A stretch of DNA of 64,000 nt. Origin: an uncultured Bacteroidales bacterium. GTDB taxonomy: Bacteria; Bacteroidota; Bacteroidia; Bacteroidales; UBA932. Both the position numbers and the translations under genes were made by a program. Position 1 is the stretch's first letter; the number at the start of each line of letters is the position of its first letter. The notes beneath the pieces were generated by a model. The model searched no databases, was not told where the DNA came from, and saw only the letters and a program-made list of their open reading frames with translations. The stretch covers positions 630 to 64,629 of the forward strand of contig CAMHIP010000001.1 of NCBI GenBank assembly GCA_946185205.1, written 5' to 3'. Shown in pieces: positions 56,498-64,000 of this stretch.

Positions 56498-56549
56498 TAT
56501 GCGAGTGTGTTTTGTTGGTTTCCAACTTCCAAATATACGGATTATTTCG

Positions 56550-56828
56550 TTATTTCCGCCGGTCGATCACTTTCCAGAGCCAGTACATCAGCGCGCCCCA
56601 GGCGAGGAAGAGCACCACATAGACCCAGTAGGGCAGCTGCGCCTGGTAGCTGTCCCAGTTGAGCCGGTGCTCGTAGTCCGGAATGTCGGCATAGTAGTAG
56701 GCGCCGGCGCCGAAGTCGAGTTCCGGGTTGAGTCCGATCCGGTGGACCATGATATAGACGGCAGCAGCCAGGATGGCGCCTCCCACCAAGAGGAGGGCGA
56801 TCCCGGCTGCCTTCGGTCTTTTACCCAT
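56550..56828 (-). CDS. Small two-TM hypothetical membrane protein
   Basis: Two hydrophobic helices flanking DFGAGAYYYADIP; co-oriented in the operon. Confidence 0.7.
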   Translation of the reverse strand: MGKRPKAAGIALLLVGGAILAAAVYIMVHRIGLNPELDFGAGAYYYADIPDYEHRLNWDSYQAQLPYWVYVVLFLAWGALMYWLWKVIDRRK

Positions 56829-56834
56829 TTCCGC

Positions 56835-58187
56835 TTAGGAGAGGTGCGGGATCGGGAAGAGTACGCCGCTGAGCAGCAGCCACACGGCGAAGAAGGTCAG
56901 GGCGATGTTGAAGGTCTGCCCCACCAGGTAGAGCCAGAGCGGCTTGCCGCCCTGCATCTGCTTCACCAGATCCTTGAAGTTGGTGTCCAGGCCGATGCTG
57001 ACGAAGGCCAGCACGAAAGCCCAGTTCTTATACTGGTCGAGCACGCCGTTGATGGCCTTGACCTGGTCGGCGCCGGCGAGCGGCTGGATGACGAAGGAGG
57101 CCACGAGCGAGGCCACGAAGAAGCCGATGATGAATTTCGGGAAACGGGTCCAGATCTCGCCGGCGCCCACCTTCTGGCCGTCTTTCTTGTTTACGCTCGT
57201 CGCGAAGAAGAGCGCCACGAAGAAGGCGATGAAGCCGATGAGGATGTTCTGGATCATCTTGACGAGCACGGCGGCCTGTTCGGCCTCGCCGCCCAGCACG
57301 CTGCCGGCCACGGCCACGGCGCCGGTGCTGTCCACCGTGCCGCCGATGAGCGCGCCGCCCATGATCGGGGACATCCCCGTCCAGCGGATGATGATGGGCT
57401 CGAGGGCCATCATCAGGACCGTGAAGATGATGGAGATGGAGATGGTCATCGTGAGGTCATCCTTCTTGCAGCTGGAGGCCGCGCCCGTGGCGATGGCGGC
57501 GGAGGTGCCGCACACGCTCGTGGCGGAAGCCATCGTGATGACGAGCGGCTTGTTGTCCATCTTGAGCACGCGCGTGCCGAACCACCACATGAACAGGATC
57601 ACGATCGGGGTCACGATCCAGGCGATGCCCAGGCCGTAGAGGCCGAACTTCGCGATGTTGGAGAAGAGCACGGAGAAACCCATGATCACCAGGCCGGTCT
57701 TGATATAGAATTCGGTCCGGACGGCAGGCCTGAGCCATTTCGGCGTGCCGACCGTGTTGGACACCAGCATGCCCACGATGAGTGCCCAGAAGGCCCACTC
57801 GAGATAGCGGTTGAGCGTGAACTCGGCGCTGATCAGGCGCACAATCACGGACAGGGCGAAGACGACCAGGAAAGCCGGGACGAACTTCTTGACCTTTTCG
57901 CCGGTCAGCGCGGCTCCGACGGTGAAGAGCACGCCGAGCACGAGCACCGTGCGGAGCATCTTGCCCCAGAAGGCGCCGGAGGCGAGCTGCTGTCCCAGCG
58001 GGATGACCTTGGCCATCTGGGCGTCGGTGAGCGACTCGCCCCAGGTCCAGGTCTTGAACGTCAATGCGGAGAAATCGAAGGCCTTGGTCAGCACGGCCAC
58101 CATGCCGATGGCGATCACGATGAAACCGATCCAGACGGCGAGCCAGTCCTCGGTCTTCCAGAGCTTGGAGATATTCTTATTAGCCAT
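56835..58187 (-). CDS. YeiH/putative sulfate exporter family transporter
   Basis: EFYIKTGLV, SVCGTSAAIA and GGTVDSTG motifs; many TMs. Confidence 0.85.
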   Translation of the reverse strand: MANKNISKLWKTEDWLAVWIGFIVIAIGMVAVLTKAFDFSALTFKTWTWGESLTDAQMAKVIPLGQQLASGAFWGKMLRTVLVLGVLFTVGAALTGEKVKKFVPAFLVVFALSVIVRLISAEFTLNRYLEWAFWALIVGMLVSNTVGTPKWLRPAVRTEFYIKTGLVIMGFSVLFSNIAKFGLYGLGIAWIVTPIVILFMWWFGTRVLKMDNKPLVITMASATSVCGTSAAIATGAASSCKKDDLTMTISISIIFTVLMMALEPIIIRWTGMSPIMGGALIGGTVDSTGAVAVAGSVLGGEAEQAAVLVKMIQNILIGFIAFFVALFFATSVNKKDGQKVGAGEIWTRFPKFIIGFFVASLVASFVIQPLAGADQVKAINGVLDQYKNWAFVLAFVSIGLDTNFKDLVKQMQGGKPLWLYLVGQTFNIALTFFAVWLLLSGVLFPIPHLS

Positions 58188-58267
58188 TTCTAACAGGTTT
58201 TGGTACAAATCCAGCCTGCAAATATAAGGATTATTTCTAACTTTGTCTTGACAAACATGTTGCACCT

Positions 58268-59437
58268 ATGGAGAAAACCTGGAGATGGTTCGGTCCCGCC
58301 GACAAAGTGACCTTGGAGATGATGCGCCAGATCGGCGTGGAAGGGGTGGTGACCGCCCTGCATCAATATGCCCCCGGACAACTGTGGCCCGAGGAGGAGA
58401 TCCGCGCGACGCAGCGGCGCATCGAAGCCGCCGGGATGCGCTGGTCCGTGGTGGAGAGCCTGCCCGTCAGCGAGCAGATCAAGTACGCCGGACCGGAGCG
58501 GGACGCGCTGATCGACACGTACATACAGAGTCTGGAGAACCTCGGCCGCTGCGGCATCCATACCGTCTGCTACAACTTCATGCCCGTGATCGACTGGGTG
58601 CGCACCGACCTGGAGCGCCCGATGCCGGACGGCACGCTGTCGCTGTATTTCGACTACGTCCGCTTCGCCTGGTTCGACATCAAGATCCTCGCGCGCGAAG
58701 GCGCGGAAAAGGACTTTCCGCCGGAGGTGGTCGAAAAGGTGGAGGCGCTGGACCGCTCGGCGACGCCGGCCGACCGCGCGCAGATCATCGACACGATCAT
58801 CACCAAGACGCAGGGCTTCATCAACGGCCCGCTGGGCGGGGGCGGCTCCCCCGTGGAGAAATTCCGCGCCCTGATGACGCCGTACAAGGGCATGACCAAG
58901 GCGCAGCTGCGCGAGAACCTGCGCTATTTCCTGGACGCCGTGATGCCGGTCTGCCGGCAATGGGACCTCCGCATGTGCATCCATCCCGACGATCCGCCCA
59001 TGCCGGTCTTCGGCATGCCCCGCCTGTGCTGCAGCGCAGAGGACATCCGCTGGATCCTGGGTGCGGTAGATGACTTCCACAACGGACTCACCTTCTGCGC
59101 CGGCTCCCTCTCCTCGGGGGCGCACAACGACGTGGTAGCCATGGCACGCGAGTTCGCCCCGCGCACGCATTTCGTGCACCTGCGCTCCTGCGACGTGCTG
59201 CCGGGCGGCGACTTCGTCGAAGCGCCGCACACCGCCGGACGGGCGGACCTGGTGGAGCTGGTGCGCATCTTCGAGCGCGAAGGACGGGACCTGCCCATGC
59301 GCGTCGATCACGGCAAGACGATGCTCGGTGACGAGCGTCTCGGCTACAACCCCGGCTACTCCTTCCACGGCCGCATGCTGGCCCTGGGGCAGGTGGAGGG
59401 CATGATGGCCGCGGTCCGCAGCGAACAAAAAGCCTAA
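58268..59437 (+). CDS. uxuA: Mannonate dehydratase
   Basis: WRWFG, WSVVES, CYNFMPVIDW.RT, IHPDDPP, HLR and MRVDHG motifs. Confidence 0.95.
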   Translation: MEKTWRWFGPADKVTLEMMRQIGVEGVVTALHQYAPGQLWPEEEIRATQRRIEAAGMRWSVVESLPVSEQIKYAGPERDALIDTYIQSLENLGRCGIHTVCYNFMPVIDWVRTDLERPMPDGTLSLYFDYVRFAWFDIKILAREGAEKDFPPEVVEKVEALDRSATPADRAQIIDTIITKTQGFINGPLGGGGSPVEKFRALMTPYKGMTKAQLRENLRYFLDAVMPVCRQWDLRMCIHPDDPPMPVFGMPRLCCSAEDIRWILGAVDDFHNGLTFCAGSLSSGAHNDVVAMAREFAPRTHFVHLRSCDVLPGGDFVEAPHTAGRADLVELVRIFEREGRDLPMRVDHGKTMLGDERLGYNPGYSFHGRMLALGQVEGMMAAVRSEQKA

Positions 59438-60015
59438 CGGAAATACTGTCCGAGCCAGGCCTGGTCGATGACGGCGAGGCCCTGTACGGAGGCCCGGATC
59501 CGGGGATTGCGCCGCAGGATGCCGGCGCAATCTTCATATACATTGAACCCCACGGCGACGAGCTCCATCTGCCCCTTCTCCGGATAGGTGAAGGTCATCT
59601 CGCCGTCGGCGCCGTCCGTGCCCACGAACTTGAGCGGGACGTCTTTCTTCAGTTCCTGGCAGGTCACGAACTTGCACAGTTCGAGCGTGAGATCGTCCAG
59701 GCCGGCGTCGAAAATCTTGATCTTCTCGACGAGCTCGCCCACGCTGCGCACCTGGCGGCCGACGTAGCCCTCGGGCACGCCGTCTGCCTTGAGCGGCGTC
59801 TCCGAGAGGACCAGCATCAGATGCTCGGACGGGTCGTGGTACAGGAAGGGAAAGGTCAGCAGATTGGCGGTGCCGCAATGGGGGCAGGTCCACGTGAACA
59901 GCTCCCCGCTGCGCACCTTTTCTTTCAACTCCGGAGACGCGACGGCATTGACGCTCTGGGGCAGGTCCAGGCGGTGCTCCGCGCCGCAACGGCTACAGTG
60001 GGGACGGTATTCCAT
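59434..60015 (-). CDS. CpXC-domain protein
   Basis: CSRCG...CPHCG, LYHDP and ELVEKIKIFDAGLDD motifs. Confidence 0.8.
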   Translation of the reverse strand: MEYRPHCSRCGAEHRLDLPQSVNAVASPELKEKVRSGELFTWTCPHCGTANLLTFPFLYHDPSEHLMLVLSETPLKADGVPEGYVGRQVRSVGELVEKIKIFDAGLDDLTLELCKFVTCQELKKDVPLKFVGTDGADGEMTFTYPEKGQMELVAVGFNVYEDCAGILRRNPRIRASVQGLAVIDQAWLGQYFR

Positions 60016-60043
60016 GAATTAAAATAATTTTCAAATCGGAAAT

Positions 60044-60059
60044 TGTTTCCCGTGGAACA
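60044..60059. promoter_or_regulatory. parS-like ParB-binding site
   Basis: TGTTTCCCGTGGAACA, one mismatch to TGTTTCACGTGGAACA, in an AT-rich intergenic region. Confidence 0.65.
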
Positions 60060-60086
60060 ATTTGCAACTTACTTATTATAAGTTAT

Positions 60087-61190
60087 TTAGACGTTGAAAA
60101 GGAAGTGCATGATGTCGCCGTCCTGGACGACGTACTCCTTGCCTTCGATCCCCATCTTGCCGGCGGCGCGCACGGCGGCTTCCGTCTTGTACTGCACGAA
60201 ATCGTCGTACTTGATCACCTCGGCGCGGATGAAGCCCTTCTCGAAATCGGAGTGGATGACGCCCGCGGCCTTGGGCGCCTTGTCGCCCTTGTGGATCGTC
60301 CAGGCGCGGCATTCGTCGGCACCGGCCGTAAAGAAGGTCTGCAGGCCGAGCAGATGGTAGGCGCCCTGGATGAGGCGGACCACGCCGGACTCGTGCAGGC
60401 CCATCTCCTCGAGGAACATCTGGCGGTCCTCATAGGAGTCCATCTCGGCAATCTCGGCTTCGGTGCGGGCGGAGATCACCAGGATCTCGGCGTGCTCGTC
60501 CTTGACCGCTTCCCGGACGGCCTCCACGTAGGCGTTGCCGCTCACGGCGGAGGCGTCATCGACATTGCAGACGTACATCACCGGCTTGTTGGTCAGCAGG
60601 AAAAGGTCGTGCGCCAGGACCGCTTCTTCGTCGTTGAGCAGGGCGACGCTCCGGCAGGATTTTCCCTGCTCGAGGGCTTCCTTATAGCGCAGGAGCAGCG
60701 CCAGCAGCTTTTTCGCTTCTTTGTCTCCTCCGGTCGTGGCCTGCTTCTGGACCTTGGCGATGCGGGCGTTCACCGTCTCCAGGTCCTTGATCTGGAGCTC
60801 CAGATCGACGACCTCCTTGTCGCGCACCGGATCCACGGAGCCGTCGACGTGGACGACGTTGCCGTCGTCGAAGCAGCGGAGCACGTGCAGGATGGCGTCG
60901 CACTCGCGGATGTTGGCGAGGAACTGGTTGCCGAGCCCTTCACCGCGGCTGGCGCCCCGCACCAGGCCGGCGATATCCACGATATCGACCGTGGCCGGGA
61001 TCGTGCGCTGGGGCTTGCAGATATCGGACAGCACCTCCAGGCGCTTGTCGGGGACATTGGTGGAGCCGAGGTTCGGCTCGATGGTGCAGAACGGGAAATT
61101 GGCGCTCTGGGCGCCTCCTACGCTGACGCAGTTGAAGAGGGTGGATTTGCCGACGTTCGGGAGGCCGACGATTCCGCATTTCAGGGACAT
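60087..61190 (-). CDS. ychF: Redox-regulated ATPase YchF
   Basis: GIVGLPNVGKST, NFPFCTIEPN, DIAGLV, GEGLGN and GFIRAEV motifs. Confidence 0.97.
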   Translation of the reverse strand: MSLKCGIVGLPNVGKSTLFNCVSVGGAQSANFPFCTIEPNLGSTNVPDKRLEVLSDICKPQRTIPATVDIVDIAGLVRGASRGEGLGNQFLANIRECDAILHVLRCFDDGNVVHVDGSVDPVRDKEVVDLELQIKDLETVNARIAKVQKQATTGGDKEAKKLLALLLRYKEALEQGKSCRSVALLNDEEAVLAHDLFLLTNKPVMYVCNVDDASAVSGNAYVEAVREAVKDEHAEILVISARTEAEIAEMDSYEDRQMFLEEMGLHESGVVRLIQGAYHLLGLQTFFTAGADECRAWTIHKGDKAPKAAGVIHSDFEKGFIRAEVIKYDDFVQYKTEAAVRAAGKMGIEGKEYVVQDGDIMHFLFNV

Positions 61191-61243
61191 ATTCTTTCTG
61201 TTTTGGTGGTGCAAATGTACGCAAAAATCGCCATATTCGCGGT

Positions 61244-62110
61244 ATGAAACGGACTATGATTATACTCACCCTCCTGCTCGGATGCTCTGTCCGGGCTTTT
61301 TCCCAGGCGGAACCCGGATTTCCGACGGATTCTTTGCTGGTGGTCTTCTGGAATGTGGAGAATTTCTTCGACTACCGCTCGGACAGCAAGCCGCAGTACT
61401 GGACCAAAGGGCGCTTCCATGCCAAATGCGACGCCGTGGCGAAGACCCTGCTGCGCATCGCCGACCGCTACGGACGGCTGCCCGACGCCGTCGGCTTCGC
61501 GGAGGTGGAGAACGCTTTCGTTCTCAGGCAGTTGGTGAACACGACGGCGCTGCGCAAACTGGACTACCGCATCGTGCACTACGACTCCCCCGACCACCGC
61601 GGCATCGACTGCGCGCTGCTCTGCCGCCGGAGTACGCTCCCGCTGCGCGCGAGCGCGCCGAAACACGTCCCGGACAGCGCCGGCGGCATCCTCGCGACCC
61701 GGGACATCCTGCTCGCCGAGTTCGACAGCCTGGCCATCCTGGTGAACCACCATCCCTCGCAGCTGGGCGGCAAGTCCGACCGGCGCGAGCTGGCCCGGTC
61801 GCGGCTGCGGGCGCTGACGGACTCGCTGCGGGCGGCCGGGCAGCGGCGCGTGCTGGCGGTGGGGGATTTCAATGAGGATGTGTGGCATACAGGCGGAGGG
61901 ACGCTGAAGTACAACGGCCGCTGGGAGAAGATTGACGGAATGTTTGCCGAAGGCTTCTCCGGGGTGCGGGAGGTGATCTTCGCCGACCCCGTGCTGCTGG
62001 AGCCGGATGCGGCCTTCGGCGGGCAGAAACCGCGCCGCACCTTCGTCGGCCCCCGCTACCGGGGCGGGGTCAGCGACCACCTGCCTGTTGTCATTGTCGT
62101 TTATTTTTGA
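61244..62110 (+). CDS. Endonuclease/exonuclease/phosphatase-family protein, secreted
   Basis: WNVENFFD, AEVEN, RGID, GDFN and SDHLPV motifs. Confidence 0.88.
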   Translation: MKRTMIILTLLLGCSVRAFSQAEPGFPTDSLLVVFWNVENFFDYRSDSKPQYWTKGRFHAKCDAVAKTLLRIADRYGRLPDAVGFAEVENAFVLRQLVNTTALRKLDYRIVHYDSPDHRGIDCALLCRRSTLPLRASAPKHVPDSAGGILATRDILLAEFDSLAILVNHHPSQLGGKSDRRELARSRLRALTDSLRAAGQRRVLAVGDFNEDVWHTGGGTLKYNGRWEKIDGMFAEGFSGVREVIFADPVLLEPDAAFGGQKPRRTFVGPRYRGGVSDHLPVVIVVYF

Positions 62111-62149
62111 TACATTTGTGATTGCGACAATTTTTAACACCACATAAAC

Positions 62150-63298
62150 ATGGACATGCAGACCAAGATTCACGAGAAATTCCTCGCTACCTACGGCGAA
62201 GGCGGCACCCTCTACGCTGCTGCGGGCCGTATCAACCTCATCGGAGAACACACCGATTACAACGGCGGTTACGTCTTCCCCGGCGCCATCGACAAAGGCA
62301 TCGTCGCGGAGATCAAGCCCAACGGCACCGACCGCGTCCACCTGCACTCGATGGACTACGACGCCACCACCTCCTTCGGCCTGAACGAAGAAGACAAGCC
62401 CGAAGAGGCCTGGGCGCGCTACGTCTTCGGCGTCTGCCGCGAGACCATCAAGCGCGGCGGCAAGGTCGAGGGCTTCGACGCCGTCTTCGCAGGCGATGTG
62501 CCCCTCGGCGCGGGACTCTCCTCCTCCGCGGCCCTCGAGAGCTGCTTCGCCTTCGCACTCAACGACCTCTTCCAGAACAACATCGACAAGTTCGAGCTCG
62601 CCAAGATCGGCCAGAGCACGGAGCACAACTACTGCGGGGTCAACTGCGGCATCATGGACCAGTTCGCCTCCTGCTTCGGCAAGGCCGGCAGCCTCATCCG
62701 CCTCAACTGCAAGACCCTGGAATACAAGTATTTCCCCTTCGACCCGAAGGGCTACAAGCTCGTCCTGGTCGATTCCTGCGTGAAGCATGAGCTGGCCTCC
62801 TCGGCCTACAACTTCCGCCGCCAGAGCTGCGAGCGCGCCGCCGCCGCCATCAAGAAGAACCACCCCGAGATCGACTTCCTGTCCGACTGCAAGCGCGTCT
62901 GGCTGGACGAGGTGCGCGACGAGATCTCCGGCGAGGACTTCATCCGCGCGGAGTATGTGATCGGCGAGGTGCAGCGCGTGCTGGACGTCTGCGACGCCCT
63001 GGAGCGCAAGGACTATGAGACCGTGGGCGAGATGATGTACCAGACCCACTTCGGCCTGAGCAAGCTCTATGAGGTGAGCTGCGAGGAGCTGGACTTCCTC
63101 AACAAGCTGGCCCGCCGGATCGGTGTGACCGGTTCCCGCGTGATGGGCGGCGGCTTCGGCGGCTGCACCATCAACCTGGTCAAGGACGAGCTCTACCTGC
63201 CGTTCGTCGCCGCCGCCAAGGCGGAGTTCACCCTCAAGTTCGGCCACGCCCCGAAGATCTACGACGTCGTCATCTCCGACGGCGCCCGGAAACTCTAG
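62150..63298 (+). CDS. galK: Galactokinase
   Basis: GRINLIGEHTDYN, GAGLSSSAA, CGIMDQ and GGGFGG motifs. Confidence 0.95.
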   Translation: MDMQTKIHEKFLATYGEGGTLYAAAGRINLIGEHTDYNGGYVFPGAIDKGIVAEIKPNGTDRVHLHSMDYDATTSFGLNEEDKPEEAWARYVFGVCRETIKRGGKVEGFDAVFAGDVPLGAGLSSSAALESCFAFALNDLFQNNIDKFELAKIGQSTEHNYCGVNCGIMDQFASCFGKAGSLIRLNCKTLEYKYFPFDPKGYKLVLVDSCVKHELASSAYNFRRQSCERAAAAIKKNHPEIDFLSDCKRVWLDEVRDEISGEDFIRAEYVIGEVQRVLDVCDALERKDYETVGEMMYQTHFGLSKLYEVSCEELDFLNKLARRIGVTGSRVMGGGFGGCTINLVKDELYLPFVAAAKAEFTLKFGHAPKIYDVVISDGARKL

Positions 63299-63332
63299 GC
63301 CCCCTTTCGGGACCGGATCCGAAACCGCTTGA

Positions 63333-63380
63333 TGCTGCCGGTGTCCCTCCCTTGGGGACACCGGCAGCACTTTTCGTTTT
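63333..63380 (+). terminator. Intrinsic terminator after galK
   Basis: TGCTGCCGGTGTCCC...GGGACACCGGCAGCA followed by CTTTTCGTTTT. Confidence 0.75.
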
Positions 63381-63385
63381 GCAGA

Positions 63386-64000
63386 TCAGAAATCGAACCA
63401 GAGACGGATGTGATACCCCTCGTCTCCCTTGTTCATCTTGACGGAGGCGGTGCCGCCGTCCGTGCCCTGGGAGTTGACGGCCGGGATGTCCAGCAGGAAG
63501 GAAATGTCCCCCGCAGGGAAGGCGGGCCAGGAGTTGCCCCGGCCTTCCTTGTCGCGCGGCTCTTCGGGCGTGAGCACGCGCAGGAACAGGCCGTCCGTCT
63601 CGCTATAGACGGTCACCGGACCCTCTTCCGTGAGCAGCGAAGCCCAGTAGAGGCCGGCGTGGTAGCCTTTGAATTCGGGATAGACCAGCGGCTCGTAGTA
63701 TTCGCCGGTCACGGTATTGTTCTTCGCTTTCTCCCAGATACCCAGGTTCGTCCCCTTGAGGCGGTTCTTCCAGACGCGGTAGGGTCCCTGACCCAGGTAG
63801 CGCAGGCCGGTGAGCGTCTCTTCGGGGAAGTCGAACGAGAAGCCGAGGTTCGTCACGTCGCGGTCCAGGTAGCTTCCCTTGAACTGATTGTCCGTCCGGT
63901 AGTTGAGGATCAGCGCATCCAGGCCCAGCCGTCCGTCCGGCGTCATCTTCCAGAGGAGGGTGTCGGCGGCGCCGTCATATTTGAGGGCCAGCACGGCCGT
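63386..64000 (-). CDS. C-terminal part of a GH2 beta-galactosidase-like protein; runs off the window end
   Basis: YLGQGPYRVWKNR and YPEFKGYH motifs of the beta-galactosidase small-chain-like domain. Confidence 0.7.
   Translation of the reverse strand, partial: TAVLALKYDGAADTLLWKMTPDGRLGLDALILNYRTDNQFKGSYLDRDVTNLGFSFDFPEETLTGLRYLGQGPYRVWKNRLKGTNLGIWEKAKNNTVTGEYYEPLVYPEFKGYHAGLYWASLLTEEGPVTVYSETDGLFLRVLTPEEPRDKEGRGNSWPAFPAGDISFLLDIPAVNSQGTDGGTASVKMNKGDEGYHIRLWFDF

Noticed and set aside
1-64000. tRNA, rRNA, IS transposase, integrase, reverse transcriptase/DGR, prophage
   Set aside because: No supporting motifs seen in the ORF track or intergenic regions; short ncRNAs cannot be excluded without an Infernal search.

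Overview
High-GC Bacteroidales-type chromosomal segment. The assignment is inferred from TAnnTTTG promoters, SusC/SusD, a hybrid two-component system and an S46 peptidase; the lineage is possibly gut/rumen and Rikenellaceae-like. About 45 CDS: housekeeping genes (EF-G paralogue, rnhB, Mrp/ApbC, rsmA, mutS, thyA-folA, ychF, galM, galK, uxuA), a glucuronoxylan/xylo-oligosaccharide PUL (SGNH, GH67, SusC/D, HTCS, GH115, GPH transporter, GH43), a GH106-GH28 fusion, an ECF sigma/trans-envelope anti-sigma/lipoprotein/serpin operon, a secreted nucleoside hydrolase fused to a zeta-toxin-like P-loop domain, and a decayed orphan RHS toxin-immunity locus. I saw no rRNA, tRNA, CRISPR array, transposase, integrase or RT. 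The strongest unexplained signal is several families of short palindromic elements. (i) Hairpin elements of 103-129 bp are inserted in frame in rsmA and a GT4. (ii) CGTC-type REPs of about 26 bp sit inside an ECF sigma gene and yfhO. (iii) Doublets of 14-7-14 palindromes with a 51-52-bp period and a conserved ATTTTGGG..TTTT linker lie at the borders of RHS fragments and of a foreign-looking lipoprotein gene. A parS-like site lies at 60044-60059. All family assignments come from motif recognition by eye; no database searches were run.
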